DNA of 10,217 nucleotides from Candidatus Hydrogenedentota bacterium (GTDB taxonomy: Bacteria; Hydrogenedentota; Hydrogenedentia; Hydrogenedentales; SLHB01): positions 1 to 10,217 of the forward strand of contig JARKSN010000272.1 of assembly GCA_029974275.1 (NCBI GenBank). The letters run 5' to 3'. This document shows, piece by piece, positions 7,835 through 10,217 of the stretch. The position numbers and the translations under genes were made by a program. The notes below the pieces were generated by a model. It made no database searches, was not told the DNA's origin, and worked only from the letters and a program-made list of their open reading frames with translations. How positions within the stretch are numbered: position 1 is the first letter of the stretch; each line of letters starts with the position of its first letter.

Positions 7835-8329
7835 CGCGCCCGGCTGTTCAATCTCCGAGCGATTCACGCAATTCAATTCGTCGAAAACTCGCAACAACCT
7901 GCCATTGGACGAAGCAAAGGAATTAGTGTTCGCCCTATATAGATGATGTTGCAGAAGGTCAGCGTCCTTTAGCGTCTCGCAAAGCGGACTGGTTCCCGTG
8001 TTTTCCTTGTCACTGTGTTCTTCGATTGCGCAGCAAACTGCATTGATTTCGTCCAAGGTGAAGGCAGAAGTTTCCTGCATGATAGCCTTGGCTCTCAATG
8101 CGCTCAAGCGGGCATGATTTTCGGAAGTCCCAGTCATATAAGAAGAGAGGTCATGCAGCATGCCTGCCACACCGCACATCGACGGCTCCAGGCCACGTCT
8201 GCCTGCTAGCAGCACGGCAGTCTGTGCAACACCGTACAGGTGCACAAAACCGCACCGAGCCGCTTCTTTGTCTTCCAGTGCCCAAAGAATACAGTCTACC
8301 CGCTGTCTGATCTTTTCAAGACGATTCAC
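7817..8329 (-). CDS. HD-domain metal-dependent phosphohydrolase, about 170 aa
   Basis: H30 (FVHLYGV), H59-D60 (GMLHD), H72, H105 (AIEEHS) and D122-A-D124. Start placed at GTG 8329, 7 nt after SD AAGGA; ATG 8335 is the alternative but only 1 nt from the SD. Hand count gives 245/480 G+C (51%) for 7861-8340. Confidence 0.85.
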   Translation of the reverse strand: MNRLEKIRQRVDCILWALEDKEAARCGFVHLYGVAQTAVLLAGRRGLEPSMCGVAGMLHDLSSYMTGTSENHARLSALRAKAIMQETSAFTLDEINAVCCAIEEHSDKENTGTSPLCETLKDADLLQHHLYRANTNSFASSNGRLLRVFDELNCVNRSEIEQPGAIHEKV

Positions 8330-8379
8330 GAGCATTTCCTTGCTATGCGATAAAGATCGATGTCTCTGTGCCGGATGAA

Positions 8380-8426
8380 ATTCACGAAAAAGCCCAATAC
8401 CGCCCGGCACAGAGACCGGGCGCTAC
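8380..8426 (-). repeat. Right arm: GTAG-type REP-like palindrome plus tail, inverted relative to the left arm
   Basis: Minus strand reads GTAGCGCCCGGTCTCTGTGCCGGGCGGTATTGGGCTTTTTCGTGAAT. A truncated partner copy GTCTCTGTGCCGG at 8362-8374 pairs perfectly (13 bp) with 8404-8416. Confidence 0.85.
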
Positions 8427-8436
8427 GGAATCCAGG

Positions 8437-9114
8437 CTACGGGTTGATGTCTTGAATGGCCAGTTCGAACCTTGATGCCGCCTGTACCGCGCCGACGGCC
8501 GTCACGCCGTTGGTCATCGTTTTGAATACGCCGCTCTGGAAGAGCCCCGCGCACACGTCTGCTGCACTCTTCACGCCGAACGCGTCGTTCTGGTCCTTGT
8601 CGAGTGTATTGCGCTCATACGTGCTGACATAGTAGCACGTACCATTCGCGCCGGATGCCCCACCGATCACCTGCCGCACTTCAATGCCGTCCTTGCGCAC
8701 GACCGCCAACCACCCCGCGCCATCGCCGCGCGTGTCGGCCACGGCCGTGATGCGCGGCGTGTCTAACTGATCCTTCTCATAGTCCAACGCCATCATCGAC
8801 AACGCCAGCGCGTCGCGCACGCCCATGCCCGCGTCGATCTTTTCCGCGATGGGATCGGTTTGGCTGCCGTTGCTGACGACGACCACGCTGCCGTCGCATA
8901 CCACGCGGACGCAGTTGTACGCGATGTACGGGTTCTTCTGCACGTCCAGCTCAAACCCCGGTTTCGGCACGATGCGCACTGCCGTTCCCGCGTCATTCGC
9001 AACGGCCATCCGGTTCGGAAACGACCGGCTCGACACGCGATACCCCGCCGCCCAACGCCCGTCTTCCGTTTTGCCTACCACGACTAACCGGCCCACATAA
9101 ATATCATTTGGCAT
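8437..9114 (-). CDS. purO: Archaeal-type IMP cyclohydrolase, about 225 aa
   Basis: YVGR, YRVSSRSFPNR, NPYIAYNC, VVSNGSQTD and DYEKD..DTPRI match the archaeal PurO family. It lies next to purB. SD GAGAGGG is 7 nt from ATG 9114 and 1 nt from ATG 9120, so 9114 is preferred. Confidence 0.88.
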   Translation of the reverse strand: MPNDIYVGRLVVVGKTEDGRWAAGYRVSSRSFPNRMAVANDAGTAVRIVPKPGFELDVQKNPYIAYNCVRVVCDGSVVVVSNGSQTDPIAEKIDAGMGVRDALALSMMALDYEKDQLDTPRITAVADTRGDGAGWLAVVRKDGIEVRQVIGGASGANGTCYYVSTYERNTLDKDQNDAFGVKSAADVCAGLFQSGVFKTMTNGVTAVGAVQAASRFELAIQDINP

Positions 9115-9147
9115 GCGCATACCCTCTCAGCCGTTCTGGATTCACCC

Positions 9148-9221
9148 AAAAGAAAAAAGGCACAAAGGCGCCCGAAGGAAGACAAGAATCTTCCGTGTTT
9201 CTCACAGTGCCTTTGTGCCTT
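9148..9221 (-). terminator. Long hairpin plus U-tract after gnd; possible terminator or a third repeat type
   Basis: 15-bp IR with one mismatch (9157-9171 AAGGCACAAAGGCGC / 9207-9221 GTGCCTTTGTGCCTT) and an inner 6-bp stem GGAAGA/TCTTCC (9177-9182/9189-9194). On the minus strand it runs into TTTTTTCTTTT. The 35-nt loop is atypical for an intrinsic terminator. Confidence 0.45.
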
Positions 9222-9244
9222 CGCGCCAATTTCTTTTCTCTTCC

Positions 9245-10217
9245 TTATTCATCCAGCCACTGATAGTGGAAGAACTGCCCGCGCGGTTTGTCGACGCGCT
9301 CGTAGGTGTGTGCGCCGAAGAAATCGCGTTGCGCTTGGAGCATGTTCGCCGGGAGTTGTTCCGAGCGGTAGGCGTCGTAGTACGAGAGCGCCGAGCTGAA
9401 CGCGGGCACCGGCACGCCGTGCATTACAGCCGTCGCCAACACGCGCCGCCACGCCGGTTGCGCTTTGTCGATGACGCCCTTGAAGAACGGCGTCAACAGC
9501 AGATTCACGCAATTCGGGTCAGCGGCGAAGGCCTCCTTGATGCGCTCCAAGAACCGCGCACGGATGATGCAGCCGCCGCGCCACATCAGGGCGATATCGC
9601 CGAAGTTCAGGTCCCAGTGGTATTCCTTCGCGGCATAGCGCATGAGCTGGAAGCCCTGCGCGTACGAGCAAATCTTCGATGCGTACAACGCCTGCTCGAT
9701 GTCGTCGATGAAGGCCTTCTTGTCGCCCGTGAATTTCGCGTCCGGTCCCGTCAAAATCTTCGACGCCGCAACGCGCTCCTCTTTCACCGCCGACAGACAC
9801 CGCGCAAATACGGCCTCCGCGATGGTCGGCGCGGGCGTGCCCATATCGAGCGCGCTGGCCGACGTCCACTTGCCCGTGCCTTTCTGGCCCGCCGTGTCGA
9901 GAATGACGTCTACCATCGGTTTGCCGGTTTCGGGGTCGATCTTCGCGAGAATTTGCTGCGTGATATCGATGAGGTAGCTGTCCAGTTCGCCCTCGTTCCA
10001 CCGCTTGAACACCTCGTGCTGTTCCGGCGCGCTGAGACCGAGGACTGTTTTCATCAACCAGTACGCCTCGCAGATCAACTGCATGTCGCCGTATTCGATG
10101 CCGTTGTGGACCATCTTGACGTAATGGCCCGCGCCGTCCGGTCCGACGTACTGACAGCACGGCGACCCGTCGGCGACCTTGGCCGCAATCGCCTGGAACA
10201 TCGGCTTGATGCGTTCC
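9245..10217 (-). CDS. gnd: 6-phosphogluconate dehydrogenase, decarboxylating, long form (5' end runs off the right edge)
   Basis: [39 protein letters not shown] and [14 protein letters not shown]. The frame stays open past 10201 (ERIKP-MFQ) to the window edge, so the ORF-track Met is internal. Confidence 0.97.
   Translation of the reverse strand, partial: ERIKPMFQAIAAKVADGSPCCQYVGPDGAGHYVKMVHNGIEYGDMQLICEAYWLMKTVLGLSAPEQHEVFKRWNEGELDSYLIDITQQILAKIDPETGKPMVDVILDTAGQKGTGKWTSASALDMGTPAPTIAEAVFARCLSAVKEERVAASKILTGPDAKFTGDKKAFIDDIEQALYASKICSYAQGFQLMRYAAKEYHWDLNFGDIALMWRGGCIIRARFLERIKEAFAADPNCVNLLLTPFFKGVIDKAQPAWRRVLATAVMHGVPVPAFSSALSYYDAYRSEQLPANMLQAQRDFFGAHTYERVDKPRGQFFHYQWLDE

Larger units (their letters stand above)
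7788..8426. mobile_element. Putative non-autonomous REP/REPIN-bounded gene cassette carrying the HD-domain gene
   Basis: 47-bp terminal inverted repeats, lower-GC cargo, and position inside an otherwise tight purO-purB junction. No transposase in the window and no target-site duplication seen, so mobility is inferred only. Confidence 0.5.

Noticed and set aside
7765..7851. 29-aa N-terminal extension of PurB in the ORF track
   Set aside because: Runs through the REP arm and the HD gene end. Family similarity and the SD point to ATG 7764.
8336..8410. 25-aa N-terminal extension of the HD protein
   Set aside because: Encoded largely by the right REP arm; the SD lies downstream of it.
6180..9221. 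CRISPR array, integron attC sites or autonomous IS as explanation for the repeats
   Set aside because: No regularly spaced direct repeats, no RYYYAAC/GTTRRRY attC ends, no cas, integrase or transposase gene, and no target-site duplication.
9121..9244. ZMP/ZTP (pfl) or purine riboswitch upstream of purO
   Set aside because: Expected from context, but the conserved pfl elements (GACUGGCG-like and CGCCUGGG) and the purine-riboswitch core are not visible.

Overview
Bacterial chromosomal window (about 60% GC) with eight genes. Left half is carbohydrate-related: a 3'-truncated secreted right-handed beta-helix protein (GH141-like, minus strand, missed by the ORF track) and a small membrane hypothetical, both divergent from a cytoplasmic GH78-family glycosidase. 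Right half is a minus-strand run: gnd (5'-truncated), archaeal-type IMP cyclohydrolase purO, an HD-domain gene, purB and a YegS/BmrU-family lipid kinase. The most striking structure is a 639-bp unit (7788-8426) in which a lower-GC HD-domain gene is bracketed by 47-bp inverted repeats built from GTAG-type REP palindromes. It sits between purO and purB, which would otherwise be 33 bp apart, and looks like a REP/REPIN-bounded gene cassette. Two unrelated palindromic elements fill the other gaps of the run (6180-6329, 9157-9221). All calls come from reading the sequence and recalling motifs; no searches were run.
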